A stretch of DNA of 64,000 bases from Macrostomum lignano (Eukaryota), in the NCBI GenBank assembly GCA_002269645.1, contig NIVC01001695.1, positions 31,246 to 95,245 of the forward strand, in the 5' to 3' direction. Numbering within the stretch: position 1 is the stretch's first letter; each line of letters starts with the position of its first letter. Positions 22,065 to 39,948 of the stretch are shown here, in pieces. The notes under the pieces were generated by a model, which made no database searches, was not told the origin of the DNA, and worked only from the letters and a program-made list of their open reading frames with translations. The position numbers and the translations under genes were made by a program.

Positions 22065-23018
22065 CTACTCGAGTTCCGCTTTTGGTAAAATTAATTCACT
22101 GCCTGAGACATTTGCATTTAAGATGATGCCTGATCCAGCTTTTGGTCTCATTTCAAGATATAAACCGCTTCCGTCGTGCTTTTCAATTATGTTAAAATCT
22201 TTTCCTAATTTGTTAAAAATCTTCTGAACAGCTGGCCTAAAATTGGCTCCGATATTGTCAAAAAATCCTTTAGCTTTTTCACCCGTTTTTTTTAAGGTTT
22301 GACCAAACTCATGTAATTTATCTGCTACAACTCCGCTTCCGTGGGTTTTTCCTTGTAAGATTAAACCCTTTCCAGCTGCTAACCTAGCTTCTGCATTTCT
22401 TTTTTGTTCTGCTGTTGCCGAGCTACTATTAATGGTATCGATCAGTTTTTGTTTAAATTGAGCATCCTGTGTTATTTGCTGTCTTTGGAATTCAGCCTCT
22501 CGTTTGGCTTTTTCATCCGCAGCTTTTTTGTCATTTACTGCTTTTGCAATTCCAGCCGCTCCACCTGCTACTCCACCAGCTGCTCCGATTCCCGCAAAAA
22601 TTATTGGGAGCAAAGTTGCAAGTGGAAGTATACCCCCCTGTTTTAATTTTAATTCTCCTAGCTGTTTTCGATTATCGTGAATTCTTTTGGCTGCTAAACC
22701 GGTTGCTCCAGCTGCTCCGAGTCCTAAAAGAATTGGTAGAATGGGCAATAATCCACCATCCTTTTTAGTGTGAGTCTCCAATAAAAATTTCACATCAGAT
22801 TCTGTTAACCTATAATTTTTATCATTATTCTTAAATGAAACTGGCCTTCCTTCTTGTGCATATTTTGCAGCAAGTTTAAAAGTATCAAAATTATAATCCA
22901 ATTTTTTACCTAATCGATCTAATCTTTTTAACATTGTGTGACTGTGTTTACTATCATCCAAGTTTAAGGTGTCTACTATTTCTCCTATAAAATATAACCG
23001 ATCGTTGTCCGAGTCCAT
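22065..23018 (-). CDS. Virion core/maturation protein with two adenovirus pX-like GG-(L/I)LP hydrophobic repeats
   Basis: KDGG-LLPILPILLGLGAAG and KQGG-ILPLATLLPIIFAGIGAAGG resemble adenovirus pX GG-FLPALIPIIAAAIG; several GSG-hydrophobic sites. Confidence 0.7.
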   Translation of the reverse strand: MDSDNDRLYFIGEIVDTLNLDDSKHSHTMLKRLDRLGKKLDYNFDTFKLAAKYAQEGRPVSFKNNDKNYRLTESDVKFLLETHTKKDGGLLPILPILLGLGAAGATGLAAKRIHDNRKQLGELKLKQGGILPLATLLPIIFAGIGAAGGVAGGAAGIAKAVNDKKAADEKAKREAEFQRQQITQDAQFKQKLIDTINSSSATAEQKRNAEARLAAGKGLILQGKTHGSGVVADKLHEFGQTLKKTGEKAKGFFDNIGANFRPAVQKIFNKLGKDFNIIEKHDGSGLYLEMRPKAGSGIILNANVSGSELILPKAELE

Positions 23019-23028
23019 TTTTATATTA

Positions 23029-23430
23029 CTAAAACTTCTTTAATCCTTTTCCGCCTTTAATGCTAGTTAATACTTTATTAAAATCTTGGATATCTTTATT
23101 ACTTATTGGGTTGCTTTTAGTGGCTGTTTCAGTAGGTTGTGCGGCTTCTTGTGCTAATTTTAAATCTTTTATTGCTTTTATTTGTGAGAGGGTGTCGTTA
23201 AATTCTCTCAATTTTTTAAGTTCCTCAGCTGCCCTAGCCGCTTCTATTCCACCCTTTACCGCATTGGTTATAGAGCCTGCTGTCGAGCCTGCTTGTCCTA
23301 TCAAGCCCATATTATCTTTAACCAAATTTGCTGCTGATCCTATCATATCAAAAAGACCCTCACCTCGGTATTCAACTGGGTCTCCTACTTGCAATTCATT
23401 CAGATTGGATAGTTGGGTAACATGTGTCAT
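23029..23430 (-). CDS. Small virion protein with amphipathic helix after GEG-LF
   Basis: YRGEG-LFDMIGSAANLVKDNMGLIGQAGS; C-terminal GGKG-LKKF; starts next to the right TIR. Confidence 0.6.
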   Translation of the reverse strand: MTHVTQLSNLNELQVGDPVEYRGEGLFDMIGSAANLVKDNMGLIGQAGSTAGSITNAVKGGIEAARAAEELKKLREFNDTLSQIKAIKDLKLAQEAAQPTETATKSNPISNKDIQDFNKVLTSIKGGKGLKKF

Positions 23431-23438
23431 TTTTGTCT

Positions 23439-23771
23439 ATTTTTAGTAACAGAAAAAGACCTTCGCGCCTGCGGCGCGTGCGACGGGTTATAGAGTGTTT
23501 GTGTGTGTTTGTGCGTGTTTGTGTTTTTGTAGGTATTTGTACGCTTCTAGCCGTAGACAAACTATTTAAAACAGCATTTTAAGGCTTAGAGGGGGGACAC
23601 GGGGATTTGATTGGATGTGTTAATAATGTTTTTGATTATTGGGAGTGTTGGGGGTGTTGGATGGGTGCTAAATGTGTTTTTTTGATTTCCCCCCCGTGTC
23701 CCCCCTCTAAGCCTTAAAATGCTGTTTTAAATAGTTTGTCTACGGCTAGAAGCGTACAAATACCTACTACT
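23439..23771 (-). repeat. Right terminal inverted repeat with internal inverted repeat (23529-23604 / 23692-23767)
   Basis: Reverse complement of 5682-6011. Confidence 0.95.
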
Positions 23772-23777
23772 GTTGTG
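23772..23777. repeat. Right target-site duplication GTTGTG
   Basis: Matches 5676-5681. Confidence 0.95.
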
Positions 23778-24391
23778 TCATTTTGTTAATTTTAGAAAAA
23801 ATAGTTTCATAGCAAACATCTTTGTCCGTGACCATTTTACGTGACAATAAGAAATTTGTTTTTAATGAAATATGCTTTTTTAATGGATTTGCATAAATAA
23901 TTTTTTCTCCTTGCTTATTGACCGCCCCCGAAGGGGGGGCACAATATGGCTAGTCCTATATACTAAAAGCCCACAAATGCAAGCTGCTTTGATAAGACAA
24001 AGTCTCAAACACATTTGATAACAGGTATAAGAATTCAATATCCCGAAGGGTTCAAGTGTATATTATGCTGGCTGCTCGAAACTCGTGTTTAAACTGATAG
24101 TTTGATTGACAAAAAAGAGATAAATAAGTTCAAAGACAAAAGCCAGTTTCTATAGTGTTAAAATAACAGAATTGAAATAACGCATAAACATGTAAATATT
24201 ATGCTATTGGATAAGTTGTGCTGATAAGAACATGGGAATCACCTAATTTTTTAAACATATCAATGCCATGTACTTGTAACAACGCAAAAATGTTTAATAA
24301 CTTTCAAATAAATTTGCTATGTGGTAAACTGTGTACTTACATTTACGAAGTGAAATATATCGTAAAACGTGAAGCTCTATGAATGTAGAAA

Positions 24392-24682
24392 TAGATTGCT
24401 AATCTAGCCCACAAGGATGCAGGAATAGAATGGATTGCTAATCTAGCCCACAAGGATGCAGGAATAGAATGGATTGCTAATCTAGCCCACAAGGATACAG
24501 GAATAGAATGGATTGCTAATCTAGCCCACAAGGATGCAGGAATAGAATGGATTGCTAATCTAGCCCACAAGGATGCAGGAATAGAATTGATTGCTAATCT
24601 AGCCCACAAGGATACAGGAATAGAATGGATTGCTAATCTAGCCCACAAGGATGCAGGAACAGAATGGATTGCTAATCTAGCT
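24392..24682. repeat. 39-bp minisatellite (gattgctaatctagcccacaaggatgcaggaatagaatg), about 7 copies
   Basis: Direct tandem copies. Confidence 0.93.
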
Positions 24683-25126
24683 CATGCGGATCATGCAGGC
24701 ATAGAGTCAATTGCTTACTAAGCAAGGGCCCAAGGACCTTGAACCTTAGGATTTTTTACGCTTGGAGAGTAACAACACTTTTTAGAGCCGGAATAATTCA
24801 AAAGGGTTAGAAATGACTAAGTGTGCAGGGTTAGAAATTAGTATGTCGTTACTGTGAGTAGATATCAGTGAATATTCGCATATAACTCGGACAGCGATAT
24901 GTTTTCAGTTTTGCTCATTCTCAAATTCACGGCTTTAGTAGAATGACGGGAGACTTCATTTCTTAGAAAATTTTAAGGCTTGCTGTTCGCAACAAACAAT
25001 GAATAAGTGAAAATATGGAAACGTTGCATGGAATGAAGTCTTTAAAAAGAATTTGGTTGCATTAAGCCAGACTTTAAAGATTCTAAGAAGCAAGGCTTTC
25101 CCGTCCTACTCGAATCCCCATTTAGT

Positions 25127-31543
<6,417 letters not shown>

Positions 31544-31694
31544 CTGTCAGAGTTTAATGACAAGTGTCAAATCTTGTAAATCTTGGTTGTCAGGGCCCTG
31601 ACCCAAGGACCACAAAATGAAGTTTCCTTTGTTGGATTAATCGTTGTTATTAAATTTTTTTGACAAGCCCACAGGAATTGCTGCGAAAGCACCT

Positions 31695-32080
31695 CCATGA
31701 GCCTTGAGAGTTGGCCCTAGAATGTCTCAATGCAAGGCATGTACATCCATGAGCCTTGGAGTTGGCCCTAGAATGTCTCAATGCAAGGCATGTACACTCC
31801 ATGTGCCTTGGGAGTTGGCCCACGGACTGTCTCAATGCAAGGCATGTACATCCATGAGCCTTGGAGTTGGCCCTAGAATGTCTCAATGCAAGGCATGTAC
31901 ACTCCATGTGCCTTGGGAGTTGGCCCTAGAATGTCTCAATGCAAGGCATGTACACTCCATGTGCCTTGGGAGTTGGCCCACGGACTGTCTCAATGCAAGG
32001 CATGTACATCCATGAGCCTTGGGAGTTGGCCCACGGACTGTCTCAATGCAAGGCATGTACACTCCATGAGCCTTGGGACT
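31695..32080. repeat. ~50-bp minisatellite (gagttggccctagaatgtctcaatgcaaggcatgtac...)
   Basis: About seven copies. Confidence 0.9.
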
Positions 32081-32414
32081 TGGGAGTCACACTTTTAATA
32101 TTATAAGCCTTTAATATTTAAAGGCTTATAATATCTTTTAATATTTTAATATTATATAATATTAAAAGTTCATCTCGGATCAACTGCAGAAGTATGAAAA
32201 TTTATTATTCCCGATACTTAATTTGCTTCCATCATCTTTGTTAATCTCTCTAATGCTCCTCATAAACTTGATGTTCTGACAGTTTACACTTGTTCTGAGC
32301 CCTAACTTTAACGGTGACTGTCTTGAGAACTCCAGAGAATCGGTGCCATGTTTTTAAAAACCGCTTGGCGCCACATTTTTTAAGAGATTAGAAACGGCGC
32401 TCTAAACCACGCTC

Positions 32415-32755
32415 ATAGAATCGGCGCCACAATCCCTAATCGGCGCCACAATCTAGAATCGGCATCACAATCTAGAATCGGCATCACAATCTAGAATCGG
32501 CATCACAATCTAGAGATAACGCCACAATCTCTAATCGGCGCCACAATCTAAGATCGGCGCCTTAAACTAGAATCGGCGCTAAAATCTAGAATCGGCGCCA
32601 CAATCTAGAGTTGGAGCTACACAATCAGAATAAGCGCCACAATCAGAATCGGCGCCACAATCTAGGATCGGTGCCTTAAACTAGAATCGGCGCTAAAATC
32701 TAGAATCGGCGCCACAATCTAGAGTTGGCGCTACAATCTAGACTCGGAGCCACAA
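32415..32755. repeat. ~20-bp minisatellite (aatcggcgccacaatctag)
   Basis: Degenerate tandem copies. Confidence 0.85.
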
Positions 32756-33259
32756 AATCGCCGATATTTGTTTCTAGAATTCAAATAAGACAGTATGAAA
32801 TTTTGCAAAAAAATGTATGCATGAAATCTTAAACTGACGGCTTGCAGTAGTCTGTGTGAAATATTTATTTAAAAGAGAGACAAGTTAGAATAAAGTAGGT
32901 CAATAAGTTGCTAAACTTTATTTCAAAACAGTTAATATAGACCAGAAAATCTGCAATATGCTACTTAAAACATGTGGCGCGAAAATTGACAGCTTTTTTT
33001 TCTTACATCAGGTTACAACAGCAATAATTAATAATGCCTTAACCACTGCATCGGTATAAAAGTATTAAAAGTCAATTGTAGTATGAGCAGACTGTGTTCT
33101 CTTGCCAATAAAATAGTCCGAAAAATAATTACAGGTGCGGATAGAGAATTTGATTAGCTGCAGTTTAAAAGTTGATTCACTTCAAGTAGTGCAGCAAAAC
33201 AGACTGACCGGGTGTACAGAGAAAACTATTGCGAGTTGCGAGTCCAATTCGAACTTGAC

Positions 33260-33560
33260 ATGTAGCCTCAGTCCTGACTCACATGTAGCCTCAATCCTGA
33301 CTCACATGTAGCCTCAGTCCTGACTCACATGTAGCCTCAATCCTGACTCACATTTAGCCTCAATCCTGACTCACATGTAGCCTCATTCCTGACTCACACG
33401 TAGCCTCAATCCAGACTCACGTGTAGCCTAAATTCTGACTCACATTTAGCCTCAATTCTGACTCACATGTAGCCTCAATCCTGACTCACATGTAGCCTCA
33501 ATCCTGACTCACACGTAGCCTCAATCCTGACTCACATGTAGCCTCAATCCTGACTCACTG
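33260..33560. repeat. ~23-bp minisatellite (tgtagcctcaatcctgactcaca)
   Basis: About 13 copies. Confidence 0.9.
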
Positions 33561-34039
33561 ACTCCTGACTCAGACTCAAAAAATGAACTAGAAACGACAA
33601 AAAACGACTAGAAGACAACGAAAAAATCGTGACGAGAAAAAGTACAAAATACTGCGTCTTCGCCAGAGGTGGGAAAATACGAGCGTACATTAAAAAAATC
33701 TTGTTGCAACACAAGGGATAATTTGACATGCTAAAAATGACTAGCTTGAGACAAGATAATGTAATAGGACTGGAATACTGCAATCGTCTCAGTGATCTTT
33801 TGACATAAATAAACGCACGCATCACAGTCCCAGTCATAAACAATGCGTGCAGGTGCTGTCGAAAAAAGGTAAAAAGCCGATAAAATTCTCCCGAAGAAAT
33901 ATATAAACAAGAGAAATGACGAATCAGCTGCTAGAGTCCAGAAAAGTACATCGGAAATACGCAAATCAGTGCTGAGAGAGGTAAGTTAGGGTTACTGAAT
34001 TAGGATTTTAAGAGGAATTTATCCGTGAGACTGGCAATC

Positions 34040-34252
34040 TCTGGGGGAATTAGCTCTGAGAGATTGGAATTCTTCGGGGGAATTAGCTCTGAGAGACTGG
34101 GATTCTCTGGAGGGAATTAGCTCTGAGAGACTGGGATTCTCTGGAGGGAATTAGCTCTGAGAGACTGGGATTCTCTGAGGGGATTAGCTCTGAGAGATTG
34201 GGAATCTCTGGGGGAATTAGCTCTGAGAGTCTGGGATTCTCTGGGGGGAATT
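34040..34252. repeat. ~33-bp minisatellite, left part (split by the LINE)
   Basis: ctctgagagactgggattctctggggggaattag units; the array continues at 40061-40295. Confidence 0.9.
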
Positions 34253-34532
34253 GCCGGGGCTGTTGCCCCCAGGACCCCGGGTCCTGCACGTAATGGCGTG
34301 GTGAACTATCTGTGCAGTATGAGACTGGTATGGCCTTTATCCCAGCCAGCGATGCTCACACCTGCCTCCCCTGGCGGGCTGATAGCTCAAGAGACTCTGT
34401 CTCCTGATTTTCACCTTGCAAGGCGCACTTCGAAGGGTACTCGTCCCGTGGGTGTTAAGGCAGGCCCCCTTGGGCCCTGCCGAGCTGATTCGTTGGCGCC
34501 GGGTCCTGGTGTGACCATAAACGCACCCTCTA

Positions 34533-36248
34533 ATGTCCCAGTGTAACTCCGTGCTGATGGACGCTTGGCCAGGGAGTAGTCTGGTCGCTAACGGTTCCCC
34601 TTGCGCTTTTGGGTCCCCCCGCAGGGTGGTATTTTGCTTTTTGGGGCCTGCCGCTTGGTTTGGGGTTGCGGCCTTGCGGCTCTTTGCCTGTGTTCTGCAG
34701 GAAGTCCCACCTTTTTACTTCCAGCCAATGGCTTCTAACCGAAGTAACAAACCGGCTGTGGATGACACAGTGCCTCCGGCCTCGGCTGGGGCCGTGGACT
34801 CCTCGGCCATACCACCTGCTACCATCGGGGACGCCTCGGCGAGACCCGTGGAGCCAACTCTGAGCGGTGCCTCCGAGAAGACACCTGCTACTCCAGCTGC
34901 TAAGAAACGCAGCACCACCTCTGGAGCTGCCCGCCGTCGACTTAACAAGGCGAGGCGGGCCAAGGAGGGCGGAAGCCAAACCGGTGCCAGGGGCCAACGG
35001 CCCGCGGCAGCGGAAGCTTCCCAGTCTGGGGCGGTGGCGGAAGAGGGCCTCGAGCCCACGGAAGCCCCTGCCCAGGATAGGGAGGCCGATGCAGCCGGGA
35101 GGGTGGACAGCCCACCTGAAGAAAGCTCCACTGACCCCCGGGCCTCCTACGCTGATGCGGCAAAGAGGCAACCGGCGGTTGTCATCCTGGGAAAGGACGC
35201 GCGCCTGTCTCCCGATCAGCTGAAGCAGGTGAGAAGTGCCGTTGATGGCCTCCTGTGGAAGCAAACTCTGAAGGGCACGCCTCTGAACATTCATTCGAAT
35301 GCGACGAGGGACTCGTGCCTTCTCATTTGGCCCAGTGATGCTGACTCGGGTCGGCGGCTCCTTGAGCTGCTGCCCGAGCAGAGCTGGGACCTCAACCTAG
35401 CCTTCTGCAGAGAGGACGAGCGCCCCCGGACCAAGAGGCATCGAATCTGGGTCCCGGCCAGGAGCGTTGTTACCTCTGCTGACGAGCTCCGGAAAGGACT
35501 GCTAGCAGTCAACCGGGAGCTTCCCGCCGCGGGCCTAGTGGTGCATGACACCCTTAAGCGCACCGACGGCACTGGCTTCACAGCCATCCTGGGGCTGTCG
35601 GACGCCTGGATGAGGCGTTATCCACACGGCAGCTTCATCAACGTCGGCCTTTGGAAGCTGCGCATCCGCTCCTACGAGGCCGACCCTCCCCGTGGCAGTG
35701 AGCAGGGCGGGCGGGATGCGGAGGCGGCCGGGGCCGAGGCGCAAGCCTCTGCTCAGACTGCCAAAGCAAACCGCCCTGCCCGGCAGCACGGCCGCGCGGG
35801 CAAAGCTGAGCGCGCTGCTGAGGGCGGAGGCGACCGACGCCCGGCGCGTAGCACCAAGCGGCGCGGCCTGTACCAGCGTGCAGCTGAGGCAGTCCGTACC
35901 GCCAAAATCTCCCAGCTGAGGCGAGAGGTCGCCGGGACGCCTAGGCGCACCAGTTCGTCCAGGGAGGGTGGGGACGTCCCAGCTGGGCCCAACCCCTCGG
36001 GGCAGGGCCGACTGGAGACGGACCCGCCTGCCCAGGCGGCTGGCTGCTCCAGGGCATTGGGCCAATCTGAGGCGGAGGACCCCATGGATGGTGGGCAAAG
36101 GGCGGCGAACGCTGCCTACTGCCTTCCGGCCAATCGGGGGCCTTTTGCTGAAGAAGAGCCCATGGACACCGGCGACCCCGACCCGAAGCCGGTGAGCGCC
36201 GAGGAGGAGGAGGAACTCCTGGCGGCTGCAACATCCGATCTGCAATGA
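34533..36248 (+). CDS. LINE ORF1 (gag-like nucleic-acid-binding protein); probable start ATG 34728
   Basis: 571-aa ORF, SYADAAKR motif, central folded region, disordered ends; its stop overlaps the ORF2 start (ATGA). Confidence 0.8.
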   Translation: MSQCNSVLMDAWPGSSLVANGSPCAFGSPRRVVFCFLGPAAWFGVAALRLFACVLQEVPPFYFQPMASNRSNKPAVDDTVPPASAGAVDSSAIPPATIGDASARPVEPTLSGASEKTPATPAAKKRSTTSGAARRRLNKARRAKEGGSQTGARGQRPAAAEASQSGAVAEEGLEPTEAPAQDREADAAGRVDSPPEESSTDPRASYADAAKRQPAVVILGKDARLSPDQLKQVRSAVDGLLWKQTLKGTPLNIHSNATRDSCLLIWPSDADSGRRLLELLPEQSWDLNLAFCREDERPRTKRHRIWVPARSVVTSADELRKGLLAVNRELPAAGLVVHDTLKRTDGTGFTAILGLSDAWMRRYPHGSFINVGLWKLRIRSYEADPPRGSEQGGRDAEAAGAEAQASAQTAKANRPARQHGRAGKAERAAEGGGDRRPARSTKRRGLYQRAAEAVRTAKISQLRREVAGTPRRTSSSREGGDVPAGPNPSGQGRLETDPPAQAAGCSRALGQSEAEDPMDGGQRAANAAYCLPANRGPFAEEEPMDTGDPDPKPVSAEEEEELLAAATSDLQ

Positions 36249-39200
36249 TGCCAACGACTACCTGGTGTCTGCAGATCAACACCCAGCACTGCGTGGCGGC
36301 GTCGGTCAACCTGATGCGCACGGCAGAGCAACAGCTTCCGGGCCTGGTCTTCGTACAGGAGCCCTGGATGACTAAAGGTAAGCCAAATAATGTGCCATCT
36401 GGCTACCACTGTTTTTGCATGGCGGGCTCTCAGCCTCGCCCAAGATCTCTGGTCTTTGCTGCAAAAGCTTTTGAGGCATGGATGAGACCTGATCTCTCGA
36501 CTGGGGACATCTGTGTTGTTCAAATCAATAACCTCATTCCCAATAAACCTGTGCTGGTAGCTTCTGCCTATTTCCCGGGCGATGCCCCAGTTGTCTGCGA
36601 CGCGTTAGTCAACCTTACTGACTATGCTGCGTCCCATCGGTTCGAGCTGCTCATTGCAGGGGATGTGAACGCACACCACCTGCATTGGGGCAGCAAGAAC
36701 ATCAATAGCAGAGGCGAGGAGCTGCTGGCCTATGTCAGCAGCACTAACCTCAACTTCTGTAACGTGGGCAATGCACCAACGTTCAATAATGGGCGGTGGG
36801 CCGAAGTCATCGACACCACCATCGCCTCACCCGGACTGCTTTCCGCAGTTACGGGCTGGCGAGTGTGGGACGAGGACTCGCTCTCGGACCACCGCTTTAT
36901 CCGCTTTTGCATTGGGCCGACCAAGCAAAAGCCTAAGGTCACTTGGAGTCGGAACGTCAGAAACACCGATTGGGCCGCCTTTGGCTCGAAGCTGAGCCAC
37001 GGCCTTCGGGATCTTGACCCCCCAGTGACCTCTCTGACTGCCAGGTGGTGGACGATCTCGCCTCCTCCCTGGGCGGGGCGATCACCACTGCCTTTGAAGC
37101 AGCCTGCCCCCTAAAGGCCTATAAAGGCAAGAAATCTGCTCCCTGGTGGAACCCAGAGCTCGGGGCCCTTCGGCGCCGAGCCAGGACCCTCCAAAGGCGA
37201 GCGCTCAAAACCAAAGACCCATCTGACAGAGAGGCCTATACCCGTGCGATCCACGAGTTTAAGGGCCAAGTCAGAAGGGCCAAGACGGCCAAGTGGCGCC
37301 AATATTGCGAAGGGCTTGAGGGCTCTCGCCCCGTAGCCCGCGTGGTTAAGGCACTCACTAATGACCGTTTTTCTAAACTCTCTGTTGTGAAGAGACCTGA
37401 CGGCTCGGTCACAGAGAGTTCGGAAGAGACTCTAGAGCTCATGCTCAACAGTTTTTTCCCTAAATCTCCGACTCAGCAGGGCCCGCCCGACCACACAGTG
37501 GGAGGGCAAGGCCTAGCAAAGTCTATGATCACCAAAGACCGCATTATTAGAGCGGCAAGGTCCTTTAACCCGTTCAAGGCGCCTGGGCCCGACGGCATCT
37601 ACCCAGCGTTCTTGCACGAGGCGGTGAAAAACCACCGCTTCCTGGACCTGCTCTGTCGTCTCCTTCGAGCTTGTATGGAGCTGGGCTATGTACCAGTTGC
37701 ATGGAGAGAGGCCCGGGTGGTCTTTATCCCCAAGCCTGGAAAGAGCGACTACCAATCGGTGAAGGCCTTCAGGCCTATCAGCCTCACTTCTTTCTGCCTC
37801 AAGCTCCTCGAGAGACTGGTGCTTTGGCGCCTACTTTCGGTCGAGCTGAAGCGCTTCCCACTCTCGCAGAACCAGCACGCCTTCCGCGCGGGCAGGTCAA
37901 CCGAGAGTGCTCTCCATGTCATTGTTGACTTCCTGGAGAGGGCCGTTCTTGGCAGCGGCTTTGCCCTCTCGCTTTTCCTGGACATTGAGGGGGCCTTCGA
38001 CAACGTCATCTTCGAGGCCTTTTGCAGAGCCCTGGAATCCAGGGCCACGCACCCTCACCTTGTCCGGTGGATCATGTTCATGATCCGAAACCGCACTGTT
38101 GTGGCCCACCTGAGCGGCAGCTCTCTTTCGGTGCCTGTCCTGAAAGGGGGCCCCCAGGGCGGCGTTCTCACCCCCGTTCTCTGGAACATGGTCATGGATG
38201 AGTTGCTTTGCAGTGATCTCCACGACCCCATTCTCAAGGTGGGCTATGCCGATGATGTGACCGCGATATGCGCGGGCCCCTCGGTTGATACCATCAGAGA
38301 CCTTCTGCAGGGCTTTCTGGGACGAGCGGAGCGTTGGGCAGACCAATGTGGCCTTAGACTCTCAGAGTCGAAAACCACAGCAGTCATGTTTACCAACAAA
38401 CTGCTCTGGACCATTAAGCCCCTCACCCTCTATGGAAAGAATATTTCCATGGAGAAGCAGGTCCGCTGCCTGGGCCTCACTCTGGACCACAGGCTTAACT
38501 GGACTCCGCACATTCAAACTAAAGCCAAAAAAGCCCTGGCTGTACTGGCTCAGATCAGGCGCGCCGTGGGCACCACCTGGGGGCTCACCCCCAGGAAGCT
38601 GTGGTGGATTTACACTGCCATCATCCGCCCCTCGATCAGTTACGCCAGCCTCGTGTGGGCTAGCGGCCTGAGCGTCAAGAGCAACCTCGACGCTCTCTAC
38701 AAAATCCAGGGCAGAGCCTGCCGCATGACTATGGGCGCTCCACCCTCTACTCCTTTTGAAGGCATGAATGCCTTCCTCTGCGCCCCTCCTTTGGATATTT
38801 ATATCAAAGGAGAGGCGGCGAAGAGCACCCGGCGTCTTCTGGATGCTGGGGTGGCCTTCAAGAAAGTGCGGGCCTTTAAGAAGCGGTCGCTTATCCCGCA
38901 CTCTGACCTCTGCCTCAAGGCTCTCGAGGAGTGTGGCGGGCTCAACATCCTCACGGACTCGATCCCAGCCACCCTTCTCCTGAGCCAAAGGTATAAGGTC
39001 ACCATTCAGCCTCGACACGAGGCGAGTGACAGCTGGAGCGACTCTGAAGTCCACTGTTACACTGACGGCTCTATGAGGCATGGTCTTTCAGGCTTCGGAG
39101 CTTGCGTCTTCTTCAAGGGAGAAGTGGTGTGGAGCTACTCCCAGCACACTGGGCTCAACTCCAGTGTTTTTCAGAGCGAGGTGCTTGCCATCAGCTCCTG

Positions 39201-39948
39201 CGCGGCAGAGCTGCGCCGAAGGCAGCTTAGCGGCCGGAAATTTATTTTTCACTCTGACAGCCAAGCAGCCCTTCGGGCCCTCTGCCGCAGCACCGCCAGC
39301 TCCAGGTCCGTCCTGGACTGCAACACCCAGCTCAACGGGCTTGCGCTAGGCAACCAGGTGGAGCTCAGATGGATCCCGGGCCACGCCGGCTTCCTCGGCA
39401 ACGAGCGCGCTGACCTGCTGGCCAAGGCTGGCTCCGCCGGCGCGCTATTGGGGCCGGGCCCGGGTGCCCCCATCCCCGCCTCGGTGATCAATTCCCGCGT
39501 TAAGCGCTGGGCTGACTCCGAGCATCTCCGCAGGTGGCACGACACCCGGAATTGTAGGCAATCCCGTGCTGCCGTCCCCTGTCCCTCTCCTCTCCTGCGT
39601 AGAGCCCTCCTCAGGCTCAACCGCAGAGACCTCAGAGCAGTTAGCATGGCCCTCTCCGGGCATGGCTGCTTCTCTCGCCACCGCTTCCTTCAGGGCCAAG
39701 TACCCGAGGAGCGGTGCCCCTTCTGCCGCTCAGGCAGTGAAAACGCCGAGCATTTTATCTGCCACTGCCCGGTTTTCACCAGGGCCAGGCTTACTCACCT
39801 CGGGCCAAACCCGGTTCTCTCCGACGTTTGCAGGCCCGAGAGCATCCCACTGCTCGCCCGGTACCTCAGGGACACCGGACGAGCTGATTTCTTCCCCACC
39901 GTCGGTGAGGAGGACCGCGCTGCAGGCGAGACCGACGGGTCCCCCTGA
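36245..39948 (+). CDS. LINE ORF2: APE endonuclease - RT - RNase H - CCHC finger, one frameshift at ~37030-37110
   Basis: QINTQH, VQEPW, AGDVNAHH, SDHRFI; KAPGPDGI, FLDIEGAFDN, GGPQGGVLTP, GYADD; YTDGS, FQSEVLAI, SDSQAAL, WIPGH, GNERAD; CPFC...EHFICHC. Confidence 0.95.

Larger units (their letters stand above)
5682..23771. mobile_element. Complete Polinton/Maverick (adintovirus-like endogenous dsDNA virus), 18,090 bp
   Basis: Termini 5'-AGTAGTAGG...CCTACTACT-3', 6-bp TSD, ~330-bp TIRs, AT-rich intergenic-poor interior, and a full gene set (pPolB, rve integrase, A32-like ATPase, adenain, major/minor capsid). Confidence 0.97.

Noticed and set aside
34253-34530. HDV-like or hammerhead ribozyme at the LINE 5' end
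   Set aside because: The region is GC-rich and structured, but I could not build the nested double pseudoknot or a CUGANGA/GAAA core by eye. An RNArobo or Infernal search would be needed.
34530-39700. Numerous antisense and overlapping ORFs across the LINE
   Set aside because: Expected shadows of GC-rich coding sequence, with no independent motifs.
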